This document shows, piece after piece, positions 10,492-19,353 of a stretch of DNA of 64,000 bases (position 1 is the stretch's first letter; every line of letters begins with the position of its first letter). The stretch is from an uncultured Bacteroidales bacterium (GTDB taxonomy: Bacteria; Bacteroidota; Bacteroidia; Bacteroidales; UBA11471). The stretch lies in NCBI GenBank assembly GCA_947589325.1, contig CANQAM010000009.1, positions 195 to 64,194 of the forward strand, written 5' to 3'. The notes beneath the pieces are model-generated. The model did no database searches. It was not told the origin of the DNA and saw nothing but the letters and a program-made list of their open reading frames with translations. Made by a program: the position numbers and the translations under genes.

Positions 10492-10594
10492 TTCGTCAAT
10501 AATCGTTCAAATATAATTACAAATGAGTCATATCTCTCTGTTTTTAGCACTATTTCGCGATTGCCGCACAAAATTTCGGAGGCACGGGCAGAGT

Positions 10595-10617
10595 GCGGCG
10601 GCACGGCCGCTTTTTTT
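10595..10617 (+). terminator. Orphan plus-strand intrinsic-terminator-like hairpin (GCGGC-N6-GCCGC + T7)
   Basis: A 5-bp all-GC stem is followed by TTTTTTT on the plus strand only. No plus-strand gene lies upstream. Confidence 0.35.
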
Positions 10618-10620
10618 ATA

Positions 10621-10652
10621 AAAAACGCCTTGACAGAATCAAGGCGTTTTTT
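10621..10652 (-). terminator. Bidirectional rho-independent terminator ending the SusC/D-FAS1-FG-GAP operon
   Basis: Perfect 10-bp stem AACGCCTTGA / TCAAGGCGTT with a 5-nt loop, an A-run upstream and a T-run downstream. It lies 70 nt past the FG-GAP stop. Confidence 0.7.
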
Positions 10653-10721
10653 CAGTGCAGCATGTCTTTACCGGAATTTATCTGCCGTCCGAAAGGATTG
10701 CTTTCGGACGGGCAGCAAATT

Positions 10722-12761
10722 CTATTTTACAATTTTCTTGGCAACATTGTCTTTGACGATGATGAGCACTCCGTCGGCAGGAACATCGATATGTTTGCCG
10801 GCTGCGCCCTCGGCTACCGTGCGGCCGAGTATATCGATTACTTTCACGGGTTCGCCGCAGCCTTCGGCAACAATACCTTCGGCATCGACGGTAACATCGA
10901 ATCCGGCTTTTTTGTCGGCTTTAGCGTCGAACAGTCCGTCTAATGAACCGTCGGCTTTCGTAAATGCGCTCGCCGTTTCGTGGATAAGGCTGATGGTTTG
11001 CACACCGACCGTATAATCGCCTTCGGGCACGGTGATGGAATAGGTGGTTACTGCGGGACGAAGAGCCGACGTGCGTTCGTTGGAGACTTTCACAAAACCG
11101 GTTTCGGGGTCGGCGGGTACGATGCAGTAGATTTTTCCTTCACTGTTCTTTACATACACGTTGTAGGCAAGATGTTTTTCAGCGGCGCCCTCTACGGCGT
11201 CCCAGCTGATTTCGAGTTTGCCGTCGGCATATTCCGCCTTTACGTTTTTCGGAGCTTCCGGAGTCTCTGCCACAACATCGGGGGTGGTGTTATAATACAA
11301 TTTTGCATCTGCCGATTCGATATATCCGACTTGGAAGATGTCGGAGAGGCCGTCGTTGTCGAAGTCTGCCACTACGCCCCAAGCGTCGCGACAACAGGGA
11401 TAGTCTTCGTATTCCTTATCGGTGAATGCCCCTGTCAGCGAACCGTAATAGACATTGAGTTTTTTGTCGTTGTGAGCTACGGCATGGGTAATGTCGGGTA
11501 TTCCGTCACCGTTGAAATCACGGACATACGTCTTGACTTTTTCGGTTCCGTCGAGTCCGAGGTCATCGATTTCGGTGGGAACATCGAATACGTCTTCGCC
11601 TTGCGTATTGGTATAAAGGAAGGCATTCCAACTATATCCGTTGTCGCCCCAGCCGGTCATGAAAAAGTCGAGATAGCCGTCGCCGTCGAAGTCATTAACC
11701 ACCGACGATGAGCTGCGCAGGGTGTAGAAAGGATTTTCGGGGGTTCTATCGACGAATTTCTCACCATTTTGATTGATATAGACACGAGCGTAGTTGTTGG
11801 CGTCGATATAAGCGGGGTCCCACTTTTCGTCGGCCCAACCGTCGAAGATTAAATCGACCCAACCGTCGTTGTTGAGGTCGGCAAAATGAACATTGCCTGC
11901 TATCGGGTAGAACCATCCTTCGAGTTTTTGTTTCTCGGTAACGACCTCACCTGCCTCATCTTTGACCTCAGATGTCCAAACATCGCCCCGGGTTTCGGCT
12001 ATATCCATGCGGGTAAATACGCCCGTGCCGCCATCGTTGCGATAGATGGTAACCAGCCGCGAAGGATAGGTGTCCTGTTTTTCGGAATCGTCGAGATTGC
12101 CGCTTACCGCGAAGTCTACCCAGCCGTCGCGGTCGTAGTCGGCAACTGCGAGCGAGAAGTTTACGCCGCTATTGTCGGGGCTGCTCGACGGGAATACGGC
12201 ATTTTCTTCGAACGTGAACGTGCCGTTGCCATTGTTGCGGTAGAGCGAAAGGTGGTTCTTTTTCCATTCATCAGACATGTACCAGTCGTCGCTGCCGTCT
12301 TGTCCGAATACCAACAGATCGACAAGTCCGTCATTGTTGTAGTCGATGCCGGCATATTGATTGAAAGACGAAAGCCGGATACCGTGTTTCGGCCCGTTAA
12401 GATGCCAGTGATATACCGGATTGCCATTTTCATCGACTTGATCGCTGCCATCGTCAGTTTTTTCCGGTTCAGCGTTTTGTTCGGCCATAAGGCAGTCGGG
12501 TGTCCACGTGTCGGCGCCCTTGTTCCACACGATGGTGGAAAGCGTAGTCCAATTCCAAATGCCCGGCTTATCGAGCGTCGGGTCTAATTGTCCGCCATAA
12601 ATCAGGTCCATGCGTCCGTCATTGTCCAAGTCGGCGGCATACGCCGATGTACGGTGTGTACCCGGAAAAGTGGATCCCGATAGCGTGAAGTCTGTCTGGG
12701 CATAAGTATCTATGCCGATTGTCGCGGCCAAAGCCGCAAGGAAAAGTGTAATTTTTTTCAT
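10722..12761 (-). CDS. FG-GAP/VCBS-repeat beta-propeller protein with Fn3-like region and T9SS C-terminal sorting domain
   Basis: Signal peptide MKKITLFLAALAATIGIDTYAQ. At least 8 integrin-type Ca-binding repeats are present: DLDNDGRMDL, DYNNDGLVDL, DYDRDGWVDF, DLNNDGWVDL, DFDGDGYLDF, DFNGDGIPD, DFDNDGLSD. The C-terminus VKVIDILGRTVAEG...GVLIIVKDNVAKKIVK is typical of T9SS cargo. The ATG at 12761 is preferred over the TTG at 12806. Confidence 0.8.
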   Translation of the reverse strand: MKKITLFLAALAATIGIDTYAQTDFTLSGSTFPGTHRTSAYAADLDNDGRMDLIYGGQLDPTLDKPGIWNWTTLSTIVWNKGADTWTPDCLMAEQNAEPEKTDDGSDQVDENGNPVYHWHLNGPKHGIRLSSFNQYAGIDYNNDGLVDLLVFGQDGSDDWYMSDEWKKNHLSLYRNNGNGTFTFEENAVFPSSSPDNSGVNFSLAVADYDRDGWVDFAVSGNLDDSEKQDTYPSRLVTIYRNDGGTGVFTRMDIAETRGDVWTSEVKDEAGEVVTEKQKLEGWFYPIAGNVHFADLNNDGWVDLIFDGWADEKWDPAYIDANNYARVYINQNGEKFVDRTPENPFYTLRSSSSVVNDFDGDGYLDFFMTGWGDNGYSWNAFLYTNTQGEDVFDVPTEIDDLGLDGTEKVKTYVRDFNGDGIPDITHAVAHNDKKLNVYYGSLTGAFTDKEYEDYPCCRDAWGVVADFDNDGLSDIFQVGYIESADAKLYYNTTPDVVAETPEAPKNVKAEYADGKLEISWDAVEGAAEKHLAYNVYVKNSEGKIYCIVPADPETGFVKVSNERTSALRPAVTTYSITVPEGDYTVGVQTISLIHETASAFTKADGSLDGLFDAKADKKAGFDVTVDAEGIVAEGCGEPVKVIDILGRTVAEGAAGKHIDVPADGVLIIVKDNVAKKIVK

Positions 12762-12903
12762 TTTTTTTGATTTTAAGGTTAAAGAATTGTTATCATATAA
12801 AGACAAAATTGGCGAAATATCTCTGATTGCGCTAAAAGATATACACCAAAAAGTTGTAAATTTTCGCCAGTCAGAGTTTCGGCGGCTTATATTATGTCAT
12901 TCG

Positions 12904-14580
12904 TCATTTAATCCACCATGTATCCTGAGAAGATAGTCGCGAACGAACACTCTCGGGGGAGGAGAAACGGCGGCTTACCTTTTCGGCGAGATAGGCATCG
13001 GAGCCGCGGTGGCGAGCGATGCGCAGCAGGTCGAAGAAGCGGTTGCCTTCGAATTGCGTTTCGGCGGCCATTTCATCGACAATGGCATCTTCGACCCACA
13101 CGATGCTGTCGTTTCGCGTGGAGAGCTCGGGAATCGCATAGGTAGACTGCAAGAGCGGAATACCGAGCCCGCGCCCCCGCATGGCCGTGCCGTAATTGTT
13201 GTCGAAGGCGGCATCGTAAAAATCGGTCCATGCGGCATTGTCGGCCAGTTCCAGAGAATCGACTTTGCTCTTGTCGCCGAGCACTTCGGCACGCAATCCG
13301 TATTTGAGTACGGCGAAAGCCAGAGTGGGCTTTCCGAGGCGATTGACGGCTTCGGCATAGCGAAGATAGAGATGCGAATTGCGATAGAGCGGTATTTCGT
13401 CTACGAAATGCCCCTCTGCCGCAGGATTGTCGGGATTGATGAGCGTATTGTTTATGGCAGACGATATGAAGTATTTGGAAATGAGATATTTCTCTTTTGC
13501 AGTGCCGAGCAGGGCCGACGAGGCGATGGATACGGGAACTTCAGGTGCCGGGCCGAGGAAAATGTATCGTCCGCGCAAATCGCCTTCGAGGAAACCCGAA
13601 ATACTCGAAATGCCTACTCTGTCGATGTGAAAGTGGGGCGAGGTGGCAAGCGCATTGCACCACCACTCGGCCGATACGATTTGCGGCCGCAGATGGTAGG
13701 TCATGTTTACGAGGTCGGGGTAGTCTTTGCGAGTGTCGGTGGAATAGGGTATTTCGGCGACGATTTCCTCCGAGAGCGAGTATATGAAGTTTTGATCGCC
13801 TGCGGCAAGCGCCTGCGAGGTAGCATAGGTATTGGCATAGAGTTGTATGGAGAGGCGGCGGCGTGCGATGCAGGCGTAATAGCTGCGGGCGGCATCTTCG
13901 TAGCGGTTTTTGAAGAGGTACATGTCGGCAAGCAGCAAATCGGGCTCGATGAAAAAGTTGTGCGTATTCCGTCCGTCGTCGATGCCATAGTCGGGGACCC
14001 GTCTGCCGGCATACGGCCCGATGTCGGCAATAAGACGGTCTACCAACTCGTCAAGTTCTATTTCGGGATATTCGGCGTCGCTCGCTTCCTGCGACAGAAT
14101 GGGCTCTTCTATATATTTGACGCTTCCGTAGGCAAGCCCCATTTGCAAATAAACCCAAGCCCGTATGGTTTTGATGGCGGTGTACTCGGGCATCATGACA
14201 TTGACATTGTGCTCGGTAACAGTCGTATCCATATTTGTAAGAGCGTAATTGCAGTTGTTGATGATGTTGTAAAAATCCCGCTTCGACAGATAGGCATTGT
14301 CGGCGGAGACATTGAAGTCGGAAATCTCTTTCAAGTCGGCAGGGGCATCGTCGGTAACGCACATCAGGTCGCCGCGCAACTCCCCGAAAAGTATGTAGCG
14401 CGTACCGATTTTTTGTACCTGCGTGAGAATACCCATGACGGAATAAAGCGAGTCGTTCGGCGACGCAAGGGAGTGATCTTCCTCGAAAATGAAACTGTCT
14501 GATTTGAGATCCATCATATCTTGGCAGGAAGATATGAAACAAACCAAAAGCGCTGTCGGAAATATGTTTTTTAATTTCAT
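12904..14580 (-). CDS. SusD/RagB-family nutrient-binding outer-membrane lipoprotein (pair 2)
   Basis: Lipoprotein signal (LLVCFISSC) and a SusD-like helical N-terminal region (NIINNCNYALTNM, IRAWVYLQMGLAYG). It sits immediately downstream of a SusC homolog. Confidence 0.9.
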   Translation of the reverse strand: MKLKNIFPTALLVCFISSCQDMMDLKSDSFIFEEDHSLASPNDSLYSVMGILTQVQKIGTRYILFGELRGDLMCVTDDAPADLKEISDFNVSADNAYLSKRDFYNIINNCNYALTNMDTTVTEHNVNVMMPEYTAIKTIRAWVYLQMGLAYGSVKYIEEPILSQEASDAEYPEIELDELVDRLIADIGPYAGRRVPDYGIDDGRNTHNFFIEPDLLLADMYLFKNRYEDAARSYYACIARRRLSIQLYANTYATSQALAAGDQNFIYSLSEEIVAEIPYSTDTRKDYPDLVNMTYHLRPQIVSAEWWCNALATSPHFHIDRVGISSISGFLEGDLRGRYIFLGPAPEVPVSIASSALLGTAKEKYLISKYFISSAINNTLINPDNPAAEGHFVDEIPLYRNSHLYLRYAEAVNRLGKPTLAFAVLKYGLRAEVLGDKSKVDSLELADNAAWTDFYDAAFDNNYGTAMRGRGLGIPLLQSTYAIPELSTRNDSIVWVEDAIVDEMAAETQFEGNRFFDLLRIARHRGSDAYLAEKVSRRFSSPESVRSRLSSQDTWWIK

Positions 14581-14591
14581 GACTATCGAGT

Positions 14592-17500
14592 TTAGAGATT
14601 GATTTTGATACCGAAGTTAAATTCGCGCGAAGGCGCCATCAAACCGTTGTCCACGCCGAGGCAGAGCGGCGAGATGCCGCTGAAAAACTCGGGGTCGGCA
14701 CCGAGATACCTCGACCATGTGCAAAGGTTATTGACAGCCACCCATATCGATATGCCTTGAAGGAACTGGGTGTGCAAAGGTACGTCGTAGGAGAGTTGTA
14801 TGTTTTTCCATTTGAGGTAGCTGCCGTCTTCGATCCAGCGGTTGGAGAATCGGGCGTTGCCCATGGGGTCGCCGTAGGTGGCGCGGGGAATGTCGGTAAT
14901 CTGACCGGCTGCCATCCAGCGGTTGGAGAGCGAGACGCTTTGGTTGTAGATGTCGGCGCCGTTTTCCAGACGAGCCCGCAATCCGTTGTAAACATCGTTT
15001 CCCGATACGAACGAGAACATGGTCGAAAGCGAAAGATTTTTCCATTGCAGGCGCAGGTTGAAGTTGCCGAAAAAGTCGGGGTTGGGGTCTCCGATTACCA
15101 TGCAGTCCTGTTGGTCGATTACCTTGTCGCCATTGTCGACAAAGCGAGCATCGCCGGCTTCAAAAGCGGTGTACGAGCCGTTGATGTTGCGTATGCTCAG
15201 GCCGGCGGCATCAGCTTCGTCGGCAGTGGAAAACACGCCTTCAAAACGGTAGCCGTAGAAAGTGCCCAGCGGCTGCCCTTCGGCCGTAAGGATTTGCGCA
15301 CCGTCGATATCGGTCAAGAAAGAGCCGTCGTCGAGTTTGGTTACGCGATTGCGGTAATGGCCGATTGCCGCTCCGATGTCGATTTTCCAGTCGGAAAGGT
15401 TGAGGGCGCGTACATTCGTTGCAAAATTTACGCCGGTGTTGTTCAGTTCGCCGCCGTTGCTCCAGAAGTATTCGAGCCCCGCTTCTTCATGGAGCGGCGT
15501 GCGTACAAGCAGGTCGGTGGTATGCGATTTGTAGAAATCGAAATTAAAATTCCAGCGGTTGCGGAAGAGACTCATGTCGAGACCGACACGGAAGGTCGCC
15601 GTCGTCTCCCATTTGAGGCGGTCGTTGCCCAAATTGGCAAGGACAGGGCCGAAAGCATGACCGAGCAGTCCGACCGACATGAAGTAGGTGCTGGTGGCAT
15701 AGTCGGGCAGATTGCCGTTTCCGGCCATTTCCCAGCCGAGACGAATTTTGGCAAAATTGATAAACGGCAGTTTTTTCATGAAATTTTCCGATGAGAGAAT
15801 CCATGCCGCATTAATCGAAGGGAAGATGCCCCAACTAAGTCCGCACAAATGCAGGGCATCGGGAGCCTTCGAGCCGAAGCGGTTCGAGGTTTCAGCCACA
15901 ACATCTGCGTGGAATATGTACCGTTTCATAAATGCGTATTGGGCAGTCAGATACCACGCCATTTCACGCCATTTGGAATTGGCGCCGTCGGAGGTGCGGA
16001 GCGAGGCGGTGGTATTGCCCATCGAATTCATGAAATCGGAGCTCGTATTGAGTCCTTGTCCGTAGGAAACCGTGCCGACATCGTTGCGGAAGCGCCAGCC
16101 CAGCTGCAAGTCGAGTCCGTGTGCATAGTCGTGCAGCGGCGTATATCGTCCGGCAATTTTTGCCACGAAGGCGGAATGGCGGTTCATAAGATTTTCCACC
16201 CTGTTTTTCATGGTGGCATATATTTCTCCGTTGGCATTGGTCAGAGGGACGTCAGCCACGCCGTAATCGGGCAGGAATGAATTGTCCTTGATTTTGTCGA
16301 ACGTGTATCCCAGCAGGGCGTCGATTGCGAAAGCGTCGTTGAAACGGTATTGAGGCGCCACGTTGAGATTGAAACGGTAGTTGCGGCTGTTGCCAATACC
16401 GAGGTCGATGATGGAGAGCGGATTGCCTACCCCCAACTCATCGACATCGGAATATTTTACCGTGATTTCACCGCGATTGGAAATTACATTGGGGTGGTAA
16501 AGCGGCGACTTGATGAGACTCAGGTAGTAGGGCGAGCTCAATTCGTCGATGCCGTCGTTGAAGATATCCCAAGTAGCTTGCGCAAAAGCGACGTCGAAGC
16601 GCAGCTTGAAGCCTTTCCAAAGATTTATGTCGGAGTTGAATCGGACGTTGAGCCGGTCGAAAGAGGTTTTCTTGATGTTGGCGTCGTTTTTCGTATAACC
16701 GAGCGAAAAGCTGTAAAGGGCTTGATCGTCGCCGCCGCGGACACTCACGCCGTAGTTCATCAATATGCCTGTACGGGTCGTAAGATCCAGCCAGTCGGTA
16801 TTGTTGTGGTTGGCGAGATAGGTTCGCGATGTCGGGTCATCGTTAAGGAAATTGTAGCTATTGACATTCTCTCCGTTTTCGAGCCGTCCCTCTATGACAT
16901 CGCTCACGTAAAGCCGATATGCCGATGCGTCCATGACGGGAATGGATTTTGCTTTCTGCTTGACACCGAGCATAGCCCACGCCTCGATTTCCGTAGCTTC
17001 GTTGCGGGCTCGCCGCGTCTCGATGATTACCACGCCGTTGGCACCTTTGGTACCGTAAAGAGCCGTACCGTTGCGCAGCACCGAAATGCTGGCTATGTCT
17101 TTGGGGTCGATGAGAGCGAGCGGATTGTTGTAATGCCCGTTGAACAGACTGAACTCGCTCTCGGTTACACTCCATTCAACGCCATCGACCACGTAAAGCG
17201 GCTGCCATGAAGTGTTAATGGAGTGCAATCCCTCTACGAAAATGGCCGAGCCGCTGCCCGACATGCCCGAACGATGAATGGAAAAAAGCGCTCCTTGCTG
17301 TTGCTCTACGCTCTGGTCGCCGGTCGTTTCGCTCATGCTGAAATTGTTTTTCTCGGTAACGCCGGAGGCTTGGAAGAGTTGCGGGGTATAAAAACTGCCG
17401 GTGGTCGTGGCAAGCAGCCGTATGTTGAGGGAGTCGGCACCCTGTACCGGTACGACGGCAACATCGAAGCCGGGCGCCTCTACACGGAGCAGGACTCTCC

Positions 17501-17735
17501 CGTCGGGAGTGGAGAGCGTGAAAAGGCCCTCCTCGCCCGTCATTGTCGTGGCAGTACCGTCGATTACGCTCACTCTGGCACCTGCAAGCGCCTTGCCCGT
17601 GCTGTTGTCGATGACCTTGCCGCGCACATCGTGTTCGCCATAAGCACTCTGCACGCCGGCAACGCCTGCGGCGAGAAAAGCAGCCAATATTATCTTTTTC
17701 GATACCCAAAAACGTGTTGGTAATGTTTTCATCAT
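14592..17735 (-). CDS. SusC/RagA-family TonB-dependent outer-membrane transporter (pair 2)
   Basis: 1047 aa. It has an N-terminal carboxypeptidase-regulatory-like domain (VRGKVIDNSTGKALAGARVSV), a plug region (PLYVVDGVEW, ISVLRNGTALYGTKGANGVVIIETRR) and a beta-barrel ending in F-x-x-I-N-L. Confidence 0.93.
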   Translation of the reverse strand: MMKTLPTRFWVSKKIILAAFLAAGVAGVQSAYGEHDVRGKVIDNSTGKALAGARVSVIDGTATTMTGEEGLFTLSTPDGRVLLRVEAPGFDVAVVPVQGADSLNIRLLATTTGSFYTPQLFQASGVTEKNNFSMSETTGDQSVEQQQGALFSIHRSGMSGSGSAIFVEGLHSINTSWQPLYVVDGVEWSVTESEFSLFNGHYNNPLALIDPKDIASISVLRNGTALYGTKGANGVVIIETRRARNEATEIEAWAMLGVKQKAKSIPVMDASAYRLYVSDVIEGRLENGENVNSYNFLNDDPTSRTYLANHNNTDWLDLTTRTGILMNYGVSVRGGDDQALYSFSLGYTKNDANIKKTSFDRLNVRFNSDINLWKGFKLRFDVAFAQATWDIFNDGIDELSSPYYLSLIKSPLYHPNVISNRGEITVKYSDVDELGVGNPLSIIDLGIGNSRNYRFNLNVAPQYRFNDAFAIDALLGYTFDKIKDNSFLPDYGVADVPLTNANGEIYATMKNRVENLMNRHSAFVAKIAGRYTPLHDYAHGLDLQLGWRFRNDVGTVSYGQGLNTSSDFMNSMGNTTASLRTSDGANSKWREMAWYLTAQYAFMKRYIFHADVVAETSNRFGSKAPDALHLCGLSWGIFPSINAAWILSSENFMKKLPFINFAKIRLGWEMAGNGNLPDYATSTYFMSVGLLGHAFGPVLANLGNDRLKWETTATFRVGLDMSLFRNRWNFNFDFYKSHTTDLLVRTPLHEEAGLEYFWSNGGELNNTGVNFATNVRALNLSDWKIDIGAAIGHYRNRVTKLDDGSFLTDIDGAQILTAEGQPLGTFYGYRFEGVFSTADEADAAGLSIRNINGSYTAFEAGDARFVDNGDKVIDQQDCMVIGDPNPDFFGNFNLRLQWKNLSLSTMFSFVSGNDVYNGLRARLENGADIYNQSVSLSNRWMAAGQITDIPRATYGDPMGNARFSNRWIEDGSYLKWKNIQLSYDVPLHTQFLQGISIWVAVNNLCTWSRYLGADPEFFSGISPLCLGVDNGLMAPSREFNFGIKINL

Positions 17736-17744
17736 CTTACAAAT

Positions 17745-19334
17745 TTACTTCTGTGATGGAATCATATATATGCAGTCGAGTCGGAAACGGCGCGTGAGTT
17801 CGTTGTTGTTGAATTCTGCGCTCGACACGTTGGTTGTAATGTAAAGTTTTGTGGTAACGGTTTTTGCAGCTTCGTCGTTTTCCTCCTCCATCAGCCATAA
17901 ATTGTCATAAAAATTCGACACGGGAAATTTGAAGTTTTCGGTTACTTTTATGGTAGTAACTTTGTCGCCGCTGGTAAGGTATGAATCGTCGCTGAATACC
18001 TTTTCGGTGCTGCGTCCGTTTTCTTGCATGTATGTGAGTATGAACCGCACACGGGTACTGTCGGTCGTCATACTGTAATCGTCGATCGATGCCGGTACGA
18101 ATCGGGCATAAATATCGTATTCGCCCGAAAGCGTGTTGGGAATGTCGAACGTTACAGCGGGCTGACGCGATACCGAAGTGGCGGTTACTTCGATGTATGA
18201 GCCGTCGCTTATTTCCGGCGTGTAAATGTTGTCGGTCGATGCCACCCGAGTATAGATGGTGGTGTTGGCCCCGCGTACGCGACCGGCCGTATTCTCAGCT
18301 TCGACAAGAATAGGCTGATTGAAAGTTTCGTGCTCGGGCCAGTCGATACGAGATGTCAGATAGGCCAACCCATTGCTGGCAGCAATTTTTTCGGCGTTTC
18401 CGAAGAAACTGCCCATACTGTTGATTGTGTTGCCCGACGTGGTTGTGCAAGGCACATCATCGGTCGCATCGGATATGAGGGAGCGGAATATAAGGTCGTG
18501 CACCACAGCGAGCGAGGTCTGCGTGTCGCGTATGGAATCGGCAGCGGCGGCATCGGCATTGTATACGTTGAACAACGGAGCAATGCGGGCGTATGACTCG
18601 TCCCATGCTTTATTATCGGGTATAAGCATGGTGAAAAGCGAATCTTCCGCCTGTATATTTCCCAAGCCGTATATCGGGTGTTGAAAAAGCCTGTTATAGA
18701 GCACTTTCACCGAATCGTATATCGTGGCACCGTTTTCATCGATGTCGATGGGGGTGCTTGCCGCCTCGTCGAATTTCTCCTCGTCGAAACGACGTATGAA
18801 TTCGGACAGCTTACTTGTTTCGTCGTGGGTATCAATGTATTCCCGTATGTTGTAGCTGTAAGGAATCATGCCGTTCAATTCGTGAGCGATGCCGTTTTTC
18901 AATCTGATGTCAGTGTGTCCGAGTGCGATGCCTCCGAACGTTCCGCCGTCGAAAAAGAGCATTTTTCCGTTATACATTTTCACGCCTTTTGTCTTCGGAG
19001 TGGCGCTCGATACATTGAATCGGGCAATATGATTTGCGACGATACGCCTTACTTCATCGGTGTTGTCGAGCGATATTTCCGACAAAGATTCTGCCGAAGG
19101 AATCCACACGGTGAATGTTTGTGTGGTATTGAGCAAATCGGCATATCCGCTTACCTCTATCATGCGGCAGAATTTTTCGTAGCCGGCATCGTTTTTGACA
19201 AATCCGTAAATCGTGGCATCGATAACATTTCCTGTATCGGGCGAGTAGTGCTCGTCCCAAGTATCGGAACAGCCGACGGCCGCTGTCAGAGCGAATGTCG
19301 CGCCAAGTATTGTAATAGCTGTCGATTTCAACAT
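17745..19334 (-). CDS. Fasciclin (FAS1) domain-containing surface lipoprotein
   Basis: Lipoprotein signal (LTAAVGCSD). FAS1-type motifs are FCRMIEVSGYADLLNTTQTFTVWIPSAESL and FTMLIPDNKAW. Confidence 0.75.
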   Translation of the reverse strand: MLKSTAITILGATFALTAAVGCSDTWDEHYSPDTGNVIDATIYGFVKNDAGYEKFCRMIEVSGYADLLNTTQTFTVWIPSAESLSEISLDNTDEVRRIVANHIARFNVSSATPKTKGVKMYNGKMLFFDGGTFGGIALGHTDIRLKNGIAHELNGMIPYSYNIREYIDTHDETSKLSEFIRRFDEEKFDEAASTPIDIDENGATIYDSVKVLYNRLFQHPIYGLGNIQAEDSLFTMLIPDNKAWDESYARIAPLFNVYNADAAAADSIRDTQTSLAVVHDLIFRSLISDATDDVPCTTTSGNTINSMGSFFGNAEKIAASNGLAYLTSRIDWPEHETFNQPILVEAENTAGRVRGANTTIYTRVASTDNIYTPEISDGSYIEVTATSVSRQPAVTFDIPNTLSGEYDIYARFVPASIDDYSMTTDSTRVRFILTYMQENGRSTEKVFSDDSYLTSGDKVTTIKVTENFKFPVSNFYDNLWLMEEENDEAAKTVTTKLYITTNVSSAEFNNNELTRRFRLDCIYMIPSQK

Positions 19335-19353
19335 GTCATTTTAACTTTATGTT

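Noticed and set aside
12762-12903. The 141-bp gap between SusD (pair 2) and the FG-GAP gene as a site for an internal promoter or regulatory RNA.
   Set aside because: It contains only AT-rich sequence with imperfect -7-like strings (TATCTTTT, CAATTTTG), and no hairpin or terminator. This is insufficient evidence.
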